A stretch of DNA of 64,000 bases from a candidate division WOR-3 bacterium (GTDB lineage: Bacteria; Hydrothermota; 32-111), in the NCBI GenBank assembly GCA_039804105.1, contig JBDRZU010000001.1, positions 677,101 through 741,100 of the forward strand, written 5' to 3'. Positions 48,263 through 56,933 of the stretch are shown piece after piece. Each line of letters begins with the position of its first letter. The stretch's first letter is position 1. The translations under genes and the position numbers were made by a program. The notes below the pieces were generated by a model. That model searched no databases. It saw nothing but the letters and a program-made list of their open reading frames with translations, and was not told the DNA's origin.

Positions 48263-48431
48263 TTTTACTCAACGCTCCTACTGGACAAACTTTTATACAT
48301 TTATCACATTTAACACAACCTTCGTTTATCTGTAACCTATTCTTATACATCACGATAACCTTCACCGGACAGACAGCAACACAACCACCACAAAGTCCAC
48401 ATTTATCTTTTTCTACTTTTATATATTCCAT
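48255..48431 (-). CDS. 2x[4Fe-4S] ferredoxin (58 aa; below the ORF-track size cut-off)
   Basis: My translation is MEYIKVEKDKCGLCGGCVAVCPVKVIVMYKNRLQINEGCVKCDKCIKVCPVGALSKNG, with two CxxCxxCxxxCP motifs. GGAG lies 7-10 nt upstream. The stop overlaps the reductase start (ATGGATAA). Confidence 0.8.
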   Translation of the reverse strand: MEYIKVEKDKCGLCGGCVAVCPVKVIVMYKNRLQINEGCVKCDKCIKVCPVGALSKNG

Positions 48432-48433
48432 AC

Positions 48434-50992
48434 CTACTCCAAAATTATCTTTTTCAAATTTTCTAACATATTTTCATCAAACTCTTTAGAAACAGAACTA
48501 CCTGACGCAAGATCTTTTCTTCCACCACCTTTTCCCTTTAATATCTGGTTGATTTTTTCTATCACTTTCTTTGCATCCAGGTCAGTATTTGAACTGAAAA
48601 CTAAATAATTTATCTTATCTTCATCCTTACTCAAAAGTGTTCCACACACATGTTTCTCTTTACTTTTAATATTATCCATAATTTTCTTAAGGATGTCAAT
48701 AGTATAACCCTCGAAAAATCCAAAAACAGAAAGGTTACCATTCATTTTCTTCCCTTCGGATATCAATCGATCGGTTATAGAATTTATTTCATAAGTTAAA
48801 TATTTTTCGTTCTCTTTTTTCAACCTGTTATTTTCTTCAATTATTTTTTCAAATCTTTTTTCGAATTCATTAACATCTTTGATCTTATGTTTCAAAAACA
48901 ACATTTCTATTTTGTCGTTCAACTCTTGATAACTCTTTAAAGCGTATAAAGAAGTAAGAGCTTCTATCCTTCTGATACCTGTTGCTATTGATTCCTCTTT
49001 AACTATTCTAAAAAGTCCTATCTCTCCGGTTCTTTCTACATGTGTGCCACCGCACAATTCTTTCGAAACATTTTTTATGGAAACAACTCTAACTTCTCTG
49101 TCATATTTTTCGTTGAAAAAAGCCAGAGCACCTTCTTTTATCGCTTCTTCATATGGCATAATCCTCTTTTCAACTGGAATATTCTGGGATATTATCTCGT
49201 TGACACTATTTTCTATCAACTCTTTCTCCTCATCAGTCAACGGTTTAAAATGTAAAAAATCAAATCTGAATCTATCATAAGATACAAAAGAACCTTCCTG
49301 CCTTACATGTTCTCCAAGAACCTTTCTTAAAACTGAATGTAAAATGTGAGTCGCTGTATGGTTTCTCTGTATGAGATATCTTCTTTTAATATCAACATTT
49401 TGTTTATAGATTTTCCCTTTTTCAAATTCACCTAAAATCTTCTTTCCGATGAGCATATTTCCAAGTGGTGATTTGATGCAGTTTAGAACTTCAAACTCAA
49501 ATTGATCAGAAAAAACTGTTCCTGTATCTGCTATCTGTCCACCAGATTCAGCATAAAAAGGTGTTTCTTTCATCAAGAGTTCATACAAAGAATCTCCAAG
49601 ATCTCTATATCTTAAAATATATGATTCATTCTCAAGTGTCTCATACCCAACAAACTTTGAAACATCATCTTCGAACACAACAAAATCTTTTTTTTCAAAA
49701 TCTGTAAACACTTTATCCTTCCTGGATCTTTCTCTTGCTTCCTCAAGTAGTTGTTCAAATCCATTCTGATCGATTTCAAGGTTATCCTCTTCAGCCATCT
49801 GTTTTAGAAGATCGATAGGAAATCCAAATGTATCATAAAGTAAAAATAATGTTTTTCCATCAACAATATTCCCTTTCAGATTTTTCTTATAATCGTTGTA
49901 AAGTTGCATTCCTTGACCTATAGTTTTTAAAAATCTCTCCTCTTCTGATTTTATTATATTCTTCACTTTATCAACTGTATATAAAAGATATGGGTATTGA
50001 GTTTTCATTATTTTAACCACCTCAGATGTAAGATCATAAAGGAATGGTTTCTCTATCCCCATTTTAAATCCAAACCTAACCGCTCTTCTAAGAACTCTTC
50101 TAATAACATAACCTCGTCCCTCATTTTCAGGTATCACACCATCTGAGATTGAAAATGTAAGGGCTCTTATGTGGTCAGCTATAGAGTTTATCTCTTTTTT
50201 ATACTTTTCATAATCAAGATTGTATGTTTCAGAAAGTGTATTTATGATCGGCTTAAACAGATCAGTTTCGAAAATCGACTTTTTATTCTGCATGACAGTA
50301 GCAAGTCGTTCGAGTCCCATTCCAGTATCAACCCCTTTATTTTTAAGCAAAGTCCTATTTCCAGAACTATCCTGGTTGAACTGAGGGAAAACTATGTTCC
50401 ATATTTCAACATATCTTTTACAATCGTTTTCGATAGAACATGGTTTCTTATTTTCAAGTTCTTTCCCAAAATCATAAAATATTTCAGTTGAAGGCCCACA
50501 AGCACCTGTCCCTCCTGCTGGTCCCCAGAAATTCGTTCTGTCATCCATTTTGATTATTCTTTCAACTGGAATTTTTATAATATCCTTCCATATCCTGTAA
50601 GCTTCACTATCATCCTTATGAACAGTTACAAACAGTTTATCTTTATCTATCTTCAACTCATCAGTTAAAAACTCCCATCCCCATTTTATAGCTTCAAGTT
50701 GGAAGTAATCGTTGAAGGAAAAATTCCCAAGCATTTCAAAAAAAGTATCATGAAAAGGTGAAATCCCAACCTCTTCTAGATCAACCACCCTTAAACATTT
50801 TTGAATCGATGTGGCTCTTTTAAAATCAAAATCAACAAGACCTGCAAACATTGGCTTAAATTGAACCATTCCAGCAACAGTGAAAAGAAGTGTAGGGTCA
50901 TTTTCGGGTATTAAAGATGATGATTCAAAAACTCTATGCTCTCTATCCTTAAAAAATTTGATAAACTTTTCTCTTAAAATCTGACTTTCCAC
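48434..50992 (-). CDS. alaS: alanine--tRNA ligase
   Basis: 852 aa with FTVAGMVQFKP, the editing domain HTATHILH...CGGTHV, and a C-terminal DHHA1-like GGGRKDLASG. Confidence 0.95.
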   Translation of the reverse strand: MESQILREKFIKFFKDREHRVFESSSLIPENDPTLLFTVAGMVQFKPMFAGLVDFDFKRATSIQKCLRVVDLEEVGISPFHDTFFEMLGNFSFNDYFQLEAIKWGWEFLTDELKIDKDKLFVTVHKDDSEAYRIWKDIIKIPVERIIKMDDRTNFWGPAGGTGACGPSTEIFYDFGKELENKKPCSIENDCKRYVEIWNIVFPQFNQDSSGNRTLLKNKGVDTGMGLERLATVMQNKKSIFETDLFKPIINTLSETYNLDYEKYKKEINSIADHIRALTFSISDGVIPENEGRGYVIRRVLRRAVRFGFKMGIEKPFLYDLTSEVVKIMKTQYPYLLYTVDKVKNIIKSEEERFLKTIGQGMQLYNDYKKNLKGNIVDGKTLFLLYDTFGFPIDLLKQMAEEDNLEIDQNGFEQLLEEARERSRKDKVFTDFEKKDFVVFEDDVSKFVGYETLENESYILRYRDLGDSLYELLMKETPFYAESGGQIADTGTVFSDQFEFEVLNCIKSPLGNMLIGKKILGEFEKGKIYKQNVDIKRRYLIQRNHTATHILHSVLRKVLGEHVRQEGSFVSYDRFRFDFLHFKPLTDEEKELIENSVNEIISQNIPVEKRIMPYEEAIKEGALAFFNEKYDREVRVVSIKNVSKELCGGTHVERTGEIGLFRIVKEESIATGIRRIEALTSLYALKSYQELNDKIEMLFLKHKIKDVNEFEKRFEKIIEENNRLKKENEKYLTYEINSITDRLISEGKKMNGNLSVFGFFEGYTIDILKKIMDNIKSKEKHVCGTLLSKDEDKINYLVFSSNTDLDAKKVIEKINQILKGKGGGRKDLASGSSVSKEFDENMLENLKKIILE

Positions 50993-50995
50993 ATT

Positions 50996-51721
50996 TCACC
51001 TCTTTTTGATTAGATTTTTTAAAAGTATCCAATAGTATTGCAATTTTATATAAATATGCAAAACCATCAATAATATAAAAATAATCCCTGTAAAATTATG
51101 AAGATATACAAGTTTTGCAATATTTTTAAGATGAACCATTCCATACTCTCTTAATACAAGTAAAAGAGAGGTAAAGAGAACTGGAACAAAAATTATTATC
51201 AACAGAATGTTAACTATTCTGTTTATATCGCAAACATCAACGGGGATTTTTTTTCTTTTTGAAAAATAGATAAGCACCATCCCAAAAAGAAACAGAGGGA
51301 GAAGAACGAATATAAAATATTTATCACCCTCACTATAGGATTCATCCAAATTATCTTTTTTTTCATGTTCGTAAGCTGTTGGCAAATTTGTATCAGTTTT
51401 TTCAACTGGATTAAAATTTTTATATTCTGGCTGATTCTGTTCAGTTTCATGACCAGTCAAATTTTCCTGAACTTTTGCTTCATCCGTTTTTTCCTCTAAA
51501 ACCGTTTCACTTTTGTTATCAGTGCTAACATTCAAATTCGTATCCTGAACACTATCAGTAAGTTCCTGTGAAAGATCACATATAGAATCATTATTTTCAT
51601 CTGTATATCTACCACATCTTCCCGGATATGGATCATTTTTTTCATCAAATGGACAATATCTTTCAGCAAAGATGTGAACGATAACAAATATCATTAAAAA
51701 TGTTAGTACTATTTTTTTCAT
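50996..51721 (-). CDS. membrane protein with Cys-rich N-terminal motif (possibly DUF4405-like)
   Basis: Signal anchor, then YCPFDEKNDPYPGRCGRYTDENNDSICD, an acidic linker, and three or four TM helices with conserved-looking His residues. Confidence 0.35.
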   Translation of the reverse strand: MKKIVLTFLMIFVIVHIFAERYCPFDEKNDPYPGRCGRYTDENNDSICDLSQELTDSVQDTNLNVSTDNKSETVLEEKTDEAKVQENLTGHETEQNQPEYKNFNPVEKTDTNLPTAYEHEKKDNLDESYSEGDKYFIFVLLPLFLFGMVLIYFSKRKKIPVDVCDINRIVNILLIIIFVPVLFTSLLLVLREYGMVHLKNIAKLVYLHNFTGIIFILLMVLHIYIKLQYYWILLKNLIKKR

Positions 51722-51754
51722 AGGTTTATAAAATATCACAAGAAGGATAAATTG

Positions 51755-52474
51755 TCAATGTTTATAGATCTTTCTATAACCCTTTAAAAATCTTATCCTC
51801 TCCTCTTTAGAAAATCTTTCAGTTGCATAATTTATTGTTATAGAAGAAAGATCTTCATAATTTTCGTTTAAAAATTTTTTCAAGATATTTTCACCACAAT
51901 TTTTTCCAACTTCTCTTAACATCCAACCTGTTGCTTTTTTCAAAAGTTCATTTTGATCCTTGATCAATTTTTTTAAAATCTTTAAAGGAAAATCACATTT
52001 TTTTCTTTTTATAAAATAGAACAGTGAAACAATAGAGATTCTCTTCTCCCATAAATTTTTAGAATCTGAAAGTTTTTCTATTATACCGTATTCATTATTT
52101 TCAAAAGAGTATCTTCCAAGAATTCTATAAGATGAAGTATCAACAAGATCCCAGTTGTTAACATATTTTAAGTTTTTAAGATAAAAATCTAAAATTTTTT
52201 CTTTTTCCTCTAAACTTTTCTCATACTTCATGACAAGTATATTCAAAGCAAGAAATCTTACCTCATGGTATTCTGAAGATATCAGGTTCTGTAAAACTTT
52301 CCAATCAACATCTTTATATTTCTTTGCAAAGAATTTTAAAGTTGGTGTATCTATCCCCAAGAATTCATCACCTTCTCCATACTCTCCCTTTTTCGTTTTG
52401 AAAAATCTTTTGTACACCATCTTTTTTTCTTCATCCTTCAATTCAAACAACTCTTTTAAAATTTTTGAATACAT
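51755..52474 (-). CDS. DNA alkylation repair protein (AlkD-like HEAT repeats)
   Basis: RFFKTKKGEYGEGDEFLGI, NNWDLVD and WEKRISIV patterns of the DNA_alkylation family. Confidence 0.7.
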   Translation of the reverse strand: MYSKILKELFELKDEEKKMVYKRFFKTKKGEYGEGDEFLGIDTPTLKFFAKKYKDVDWKVLQNLISSEYHEVRFLALNILVMKYEKSLEEKEKILDFYLKNLKYVNNWDLVDTSSYRILGRYSFENNEYGIIEKLSDSKNLWEKRISIVSLFYFIKRKKCDFPLKILKKLIKDQNELLKKATGWMLREVGKNCGENILKKFLNENYEDLSSITINYATERFSKEERIRFLKGYRKIYKH

Positions 52475-52479
52475 CTTTA

Positions 52480-53460
52480 TTAATAACCTTTTTCAAGATC
52501 AACTATATTTTTTAGTTTTTTTCCTTCAATGAGATTTTTAATATTTTCAATTGTAAAATCTACATCACCTTTTTCCGCCTCCTCTGTGTGTGCACCTTTA
52601 TGGGGTGATATTACAACATTCTCGAGTTCATATATCGGATAGGTCGAAGGTGGTTTTTTGTTCTCTTCTCCATCTTTTGGATAATTATACCAAACATCAA
52701 GTGCAGCACCTTTTAAAATTTTATTCTTTAAACTTTCATATAAAACTTTTTCATCAATTATTCTTCCTCTTGAAACATTCACAAGATATTTTCCCTCAAG
52801 TAAAGAAATATTCTTTTCATTTATTAAATTTTCACTCTCTTTCGTCAAAGGTAATGTTAATAAAACTATTTGACCAAACTTTAAACCTTCAGATAAATTA
52901 TCTGTTATAAAATCAAAATTTTCGAGATTCTCGTTTTTTTCAAGTTTTCTTTTCACTCCCATTATTTTGCAGTTAAAAACCTTTAGCAAACGAGCGAGTT
53001 CCTTTCCAATACTTCCTGTTCCAACTATGGTACATTTTTTTTCGCGTATCGTATCCCAGTATTCTTTGTAAAGTCCATCCCTATGCCAGATCCCTTTTTT
53101 AAGATCTTTATGAAAAATAACGATCTTTCCAAGAAGTGCAAGAGTCAATGCGAAAGCCCTTTCAGCAACATATTTTGTATTCTCATGAGAATTACAAACA
53201 ACAACATCTCTTTCTTTAAGAGTATCAAGCGGAAAATTGTTTAAACCAGCGTAGGGAACAAAAAGATATTTTAAATTTTTCGAAAATTCTATCTGCTCTT
53301 TTTTTAAACGATAAGTTATGAGAACATGTGTAAATTCGATTTCTTCCTTTTCAAATTCTCTTTTAACTTCTTTGAAAAGATGCTCTTTATAATTATGTTT
53401 CAATTCTTCTATCTTTTTTTTCCAGTATTCAGATGAACAACCTGCAAAAGTTATTTCCAT
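52480..53460 (-). CDS. D-isomer-specific 2-hydroxyacid dehydrogenase family protein
   Basis: NAD fold IVGTGSIGKELARLL, SRGRIIDE, and the AALDVW...SPHKGAHT catalytic His context. Confidence 0.8.
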   Translation of the reverse strand: MEITFAGCSSEYWKKKIEELKHNYKEHLFKEVKREFEKEEIEFTHVLITYRLKKEQIEFSKNLKYLFVPYAGLNNFPLDTLKERDVVVCNSHENTKYVAERAFALTLALLGKIVIFHKDLKKGIWHRDGLYKEYWDTIREKKCTIVGTGSIGKELARLLKVFNCKIMGVKRKLEKNENLENFDFITDNLSEGLKFGQIVLLTLPLTKESENLINEKNISLLEGKYLVNVSRGRIIDEKVLYESLKNKILKGAALDVWYNYPKDGEENKKPPSTYPIYELENVVISPHKGAHTEEAEKGDVDFTIENIKNLIEGKKLKNIVDLEKGY

Positions 53461-53609
53461 AGAAATTATACTATCCGATTTATTCTTTTAGTCAACATTT
53501 GAAATTATAAAACTGATGATGTTATTGAATGAGACCAAAAAATCTATTTAATTCTTTCATCTAAAATGTTTCCAATATATTTTTTTATAAAAAGCCACCT
53601 ATATCTCTA

Positions 53610-53637
53610 TTGACAAAAAGAGGTTTAAATATATAAT
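53610..53637 (+). promoter_or_regulatory. consensus sigma-70-type promoter for rpsT (TTGACA-16-TATAAT)
   Basis: TTGACA at 53610..53615 and TATAAT at 53632..53637, with AGGAGG at 53651..53656 and the TTG start at 53661. Confidence 0.6.
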
Positions 53638-53660
53638 AAAGCAAAAAAATAGGAGGTAGT

Positions 53661-53912
53661 TTGCCAAAAAGTAAAGCGCAGGAAAAATCAGTCAGACAGA
53701 ATAAGGTTAGAAGAGAAAGAAACAGAAAAGAGAAGGAAAAAATCAAAAAGATTATGAAACAGGCACTTAAAGCCACAAGTGAGGAAGAAAAAATTAAGAT
53801 ATTAAAAGAAGGTTACAAAATAATAGACAAAGCTGCTTCAAAAAATGTTATAAAGAAAAACAATGCTGCAAGAAAAAAATCAAAAATTGCAAAAATTTTA
53901 AAAGTTAAATAA
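53661..53912 (+). CDS. rpsT: 30S ribosomal protein S20
   Basis: (M)PKSKAQEKSVRQNKVRRERNRKEK...; TTG start with a strong RBS. Confidence 0.9.
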   Translation: MPKSKAQEKSVRQNKVRRERNRKEKEKIKKIMKQALKATSEEEKIKILKEGYKIIDKAASKNVIKKNNAARKKSKIAKILKVK

Positions 53913-53916
53913 TCAA

Positions 53917-53948
53917 TAAAAAAACTCCGCATAAAAGCGGAGTTTTTA
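53917..53948. terminator. bidirectional rho-independent terminator between convergent rpsT and tonB
   Basis: AAAAAAACTCCGC-ATAAAA-GCGGAGTTTTT: a 7-bp GC-rich stem flanked by an A-run and a T-run. Confidence 0.7.
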
Positions 53949-53971
53949 ATTTCCAACTTTTTATAAATATT

Positions 53972-54589
53972 TTATTTTGTTAATCTGAAAGTTATAGGAT
54001 ATGTTACATAACATCTTATAGGTAAATCTCTCGTCATCGCAGGAGACCATTTCAACTGGTATGCTGCCTTAACTGCAGCCTCATCAAGTAATGGATGAAC
54101 GCTTTTTAAAACTTTTACCTGTGATACTGTTCCATCCTTTTCAACAACAAGTTCAAGAAATACTGTTCCTTCAATTCCAAGTTGTCTCGCCATCTGTGGA
54201 TATTCAGGATCTATTCTTTGAATCAACTGTGGTGCCTGTTCATATATTCTAAAGATTTCACCTTCATATTTTTCAATATTTAGATCCTCTGTTTCAAATG
54301 TTGTCTGAATATCTATATTTTTTGTTACCTCTGATTCTTTCGTTGTTTCAACAATCTTTTTTGGGAGTTGAGGTTTTGAGATTTCTTGAGGTTCATTTAT
54401 TTTCTGTATCTGATCAGGTAACTTCTCCATTACGACTACATCCTTTTTCTCCTTCATTTTGTAGGGATTCGTTTTCAGTTTTGGAATAAAAAGGAAAAGT
54501 ATTATGAAAAGTATAAGTGTGGTCAAAAGTGATGATTTCACGAATGTAGGATACTTTTCTTTCAAATCATTTCTAATAAATTTTTCCAT
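53972..54589 (-). CDS. tonB: energy transducer TonB
   Basis: N-terminal TM anchor, a Pro/Glu/Lys linker (EPQEISKPQLPKK), and a C-terminal TonB domain YPQMARQLGIEGTVFLELVVEKDGTVSQVKVLKS. Confidence 0.85.
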   Translation of the reverse strand: MEKFIRNDLKEKYPTFVKSSLLTTLILFIILFLFIPKLKTNPYKMKEKKDVVVMEKLPDQIQKINEPQEISKPQLPKKIVETTKESEVTKNIDIQTTFETEDLNIEKYEGEIFRIYEQAPQLIQRIDPEYPQMARQLGIEGTVFLELVVEKDGTVSQVKVLKSVHPLLDEAAVKAAYQLKWSPAMTRDLPIRCYVTYPITFRLTK

Positions 54590-54597
54590 ATGCTCTC

Positions 54598-55026
54598 CTA
54601 TTTGATCGCATTGACTTTCTTAGCACTTAAAGAAACATGAAGAGCGTTCGCTTTTATAAGTTGACCAAAAACATCGTTTGATATCCAATAAGGAGTATTC
54701 TTATCAGCCATTATCGAAACTATCAGATTTGGGTTAACTCTCTTTTTCTGTTCTATTATGTTTTTTATCTGTCCTATTGGAACGATTCTGTCATCTATGG
54801 ATACAACTCCCCTATCTCCATCGTAGCCAATCCAAACATGAGCAAGGTTTTTTGTTTCAATCTTTTTAGATGATAACGCCTGTGGAAGATCTATTCTTAA
54901 TCCCTGTTCAGTTCTGAACACTGTTGTCACCATAAAGAATATGAGAAGGAGAAAAACTATATCTGAAGTTGTTGATGTTGGAATCGAAGGTGATGTTTCT
55001 TCAACTTTTCCAAAATGTTTTTTCAT
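54598..55026 (-). CDS. exbD: biopolymer transporter ExbD/TolR
   Basis: SDIVFLLLIFFMVTT TM helix with a periplasmic domain; 142 aa. Confidence 0.85.
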   Translation of the reverse strand: MKKHFGKVEETSPSIPTSTTSDIVFLLLIFFMVTTVFRTEQGLRIDLPQALSSKKIETKNLAHVWIGYDGDRGVVSIDDRIVPIGQIKNIIEQKKRVNPNLIVSIMADKNTPYWISNDVFGQLIKANALHVSLSAKKVNAIK

Positions 55027-55035
55027 CTTTCCTCC

Positions 55036-55473
55036 TTACATCTCATCATCTTCTGCTGGAGATAGAGATATTTTCTCTTTCTTCTGTGCTTTTTCAAACG
55101 CTATTTTCAATTGGTCAAAAACTCTTATCATATAATCATATTTAGCAGATCTTGTTGGTATTATAGAAAATATCAAGGAATCTCCATTTGGTTGATTTAA
55201 AAGTTCCATCGCTTTATCAGAAACCGCTGTCCATTCGACCGGATCATTTTCTATTCTAACATCTCCAAACCTGTTTATTCTAACATGTACGATATTCTTT
55301 GATAAGACTGTGATCGTCTCTTTTGATTCTTCAGGTAACACTATTTGAAGCCCCATCTCAGTGTTAAAACTTGATGTCACAAGAAAGAATATGAGCATCA
55401 AAAAAGTGATATCACCCAAAGATGCTGTTGGAATATCAGGTTTTTGGAGTGTCTTTTTTCTTTTAAATAACAT
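55036..55473 (-). CDS. exbD: biopolymer transporter ExbD/TolR (second copy)
   Basis: GDITFLMLIFFLVTSSF TM helix; 145 aa. Confidence 0.85.
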   Translation of the reverse strand: MLFKRKKTLQKPDIPTASLGDITFLMLIFFLVTSSFNTEMGLQIVLPEESKETITVLSKNIVHVRINRFGDVRIENDPVEWTAVSDKAMELLNQPNGDSLIFSIIPTRSAKYDYMIRVFDQLKIAFEKAQKKEKISLSPAEDDEM

Positions 55474-55485
55474 ATTATCTCCTGA

Positions 55486-56112
55486 TTATGCTTCCTCTAT
55501 CTCCAAACTCATCAAAATTTCAACTATTTTGTTCGATGCATCTTCAAGTGTTCTCGAATAACCGTTCACAACTGTCTGAAAATATGTGAATGCTGCAGAA
55601 ACTGGTATTGCGATCACAAGACCTGTAAGGGTTGTTATCAGTGCCTCTGAAATACCACTTGCAACGAGTTTTGGTTCAACAGTTCCCGCAAGTGCTATAG
55701 CATCGAATGCGTTTATCATTCCTGAAACCGTTCCCAAGAATCCAAGCATTGGAGCAAGTGTTATAACTGCTGATAAGAATGGCATTCCTCTATCAAGGAA
55801 AGCGAGTTCTGTCACACCTGCTTTTGCTATTGCATCCTCAATAGCACCTTTATCCTTTCCAACATATTGAAACTCTGTCAAAGCTGCCTCAATAACTCTT
55901 GCAAAAGGACTTGGATTTTTTGCACAATATTGTATTGCAGCTTCTATTCCCTCTTTCTCTATTTTATTCTTTAACTCTTCAACAAACTTCTTTGGATTCT
56001 TGTTCATTATAAGAAGAGTTACGAATCTTTCAATGATAAAAACAACTCCAATGATAGCGCATGCGAGTAGTGGCCACATTGTCCATCCACCTCTCTGGAA
56101 TAAATCTAACAC
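55486..56112 (-). CDS. exbB: MotA/TolQ/ExbB proton channel protein
   Basis: WPLLACAIIGVVFIIER and APMLGFLGTVSGMINAF...ISEALITTLTGL. GTG start with AGGAGG upstream. Confidence 0.9.
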   Translation of the reverse strand: MLDLFQRGGWTMWPLLACAIIGVVFIIERFVTLLIMNKNPKKFVEELKNKIEKEGIEAAIQYCAKNPSPFARVIEAALTEFQYVGKDKGAIEDAIAKAGVTELAFLDRGMPFLSAVITLAPMLGFLGTVSGMINAFDAIALAGTVEPKLVASGISEALITTLTGLVIAIPVSAAFTYFQTVVNGYSRTLEDASNKIVEILMSLEIEEA

Positions 56113-56155
56113 AACTTCCTCCTGGTTAATTTTAGTTTATCTTTTTAAGTAGTTA

Positions 56156-56183
56156 ATTATACTTTTTAATCCAATTTTGTCAA
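56156..56183 (-). promoter_or_regulatory. consensus sigma-70-type promoter for exbB-exbD-exbD-tonB (TTGACA-16-TATAAT)
   Basis: On the minus strand, TTGACA is at 56183..56178 and TATAAT at 56161..56156, in the only gap over 11 nt across 53972..64000. Confidence 0.55.
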
Positions 56184-56186
56184 TAA

Positions 56187-56537
56187 TTATCTTGTTGACC
56201 AAATATAGTATATCAAAGAAGCGAGTATTGCAAAAAGTCCGGCAAGAAGGATCATCAGTCCTTCAAGTGATCCAACCTGCATCGTCTTTGCTATCTGGGG
56301 CAAAAGATCGTAGGGGTTTGATCTTGCTAGTGCTGGGAAATAAACTGTAAGTTTGATTATATGTACCACAGCGCCAACAAGCACCAGAATACTACCTAAA
56401 ATTTCAAGAACCCATATTGATGGTTTTCTTATTATTTTCAACAACCTTTTCAAAATTAAAGCTGAGATGAATAGAGATATTGAAAAAAGTATTATCCCTA
56501 TGGCAAGCATTATTTCCGCTGGGAATAAAACTTTCAT
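56187..56537 (-). CDS. small polytopic membrane protein, unknown function
   Basis: 116 aa with 3-4 hydrophobic helices and a 4-nt overlap with the upstream gene. Confidence 0.45.
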   Translation of the reverse strand: MKVLFPAEIMLAIGIILFSISLFISALILKRLLKIIRKPSIWVLEILGSILVLVGAVVHIIKLTVYFPALARSNPYDLLPQIAKTMQVGSLEGLMILLAGLFAILASLIYYIWSTR

Positions 56538-56923
56538 TTTGCCCCTCCTTTGTGAGGTTTAACAACATTGTAGAATTTTAAACTTCCGATAAGGGAAAGG
56601 ACTCCTGAAAGGAAAAAGAAAAAGTATCCGATCCATGTCTGGATATCTGTCATTTTCAAATTTCCAACTATGATCAAACTGTATGCCTGAATCATCGCAT
56701 AAACTATTATTCCAGTAGGTGATATCATTATAAACTGCCAGTCAGTTTTCTTATGCAAAACCTTTTCATATCTTTGTGCAATTATGCCAACAAGAAAAAG
56801 AGAAAACCAAAGAAGAACAGCACCTAAAATTGTAAGAACACTTGATAACATTTTTGAATCTGTGACATATTTGGGGATTCCGGTTTGAGTTATAGAAACA
56901 AGTTCAAAAAATTTTAACACCAT
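56534..56923 (-). CDS. small polytopic membrane protein, unknown function
   Basis: 129 aa with 3-4 hydrophobic helices. Confidence 0.45.
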   Translation of the reverse strand: MVLKFFELVSITQTGIPKYVTDSKMLSSVLTILGAVLLWFSLFLVGIIAQRYEKVLHKKTDWQFIMISPTGIIVYAMIQAYSLIIVGNLKMTDIQTWIGYFFFFLSGVLSLIGSLKFYNVVKPHKGGAK

Positions 56924-56933
56924 ATCTCCTCCA

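Noticed and set aside
53461-53609. Possible small RNA or riboswitch in the 150-nt gap upstream of the 2-hydroxyacid dehydrogenase gene
   Set aside because: I could find no convincing conserved stem-loops. The region is A/T-rich and is most simply divergent promoter DNA.
53585-53776. 63-aa minus-strand ORF opposite rpsT
   Set aside because: It is antisense to a well-supported S20 gene and its consensus promoter/RBS, with a hydrophobic low-complexity translation typical of shadow ORFs in AT-rich DNA.
53972-56112. Treating exbB-exbD-exbD-tonB as an integral part of the upstream 11-gene cluster
   Set aside because: Only partly rejected. A consensus promoter and the only 74-nt gap precede exbB, and TonB systems are common stand-alone units, so I list the link as a hypothesis rather than a feature.
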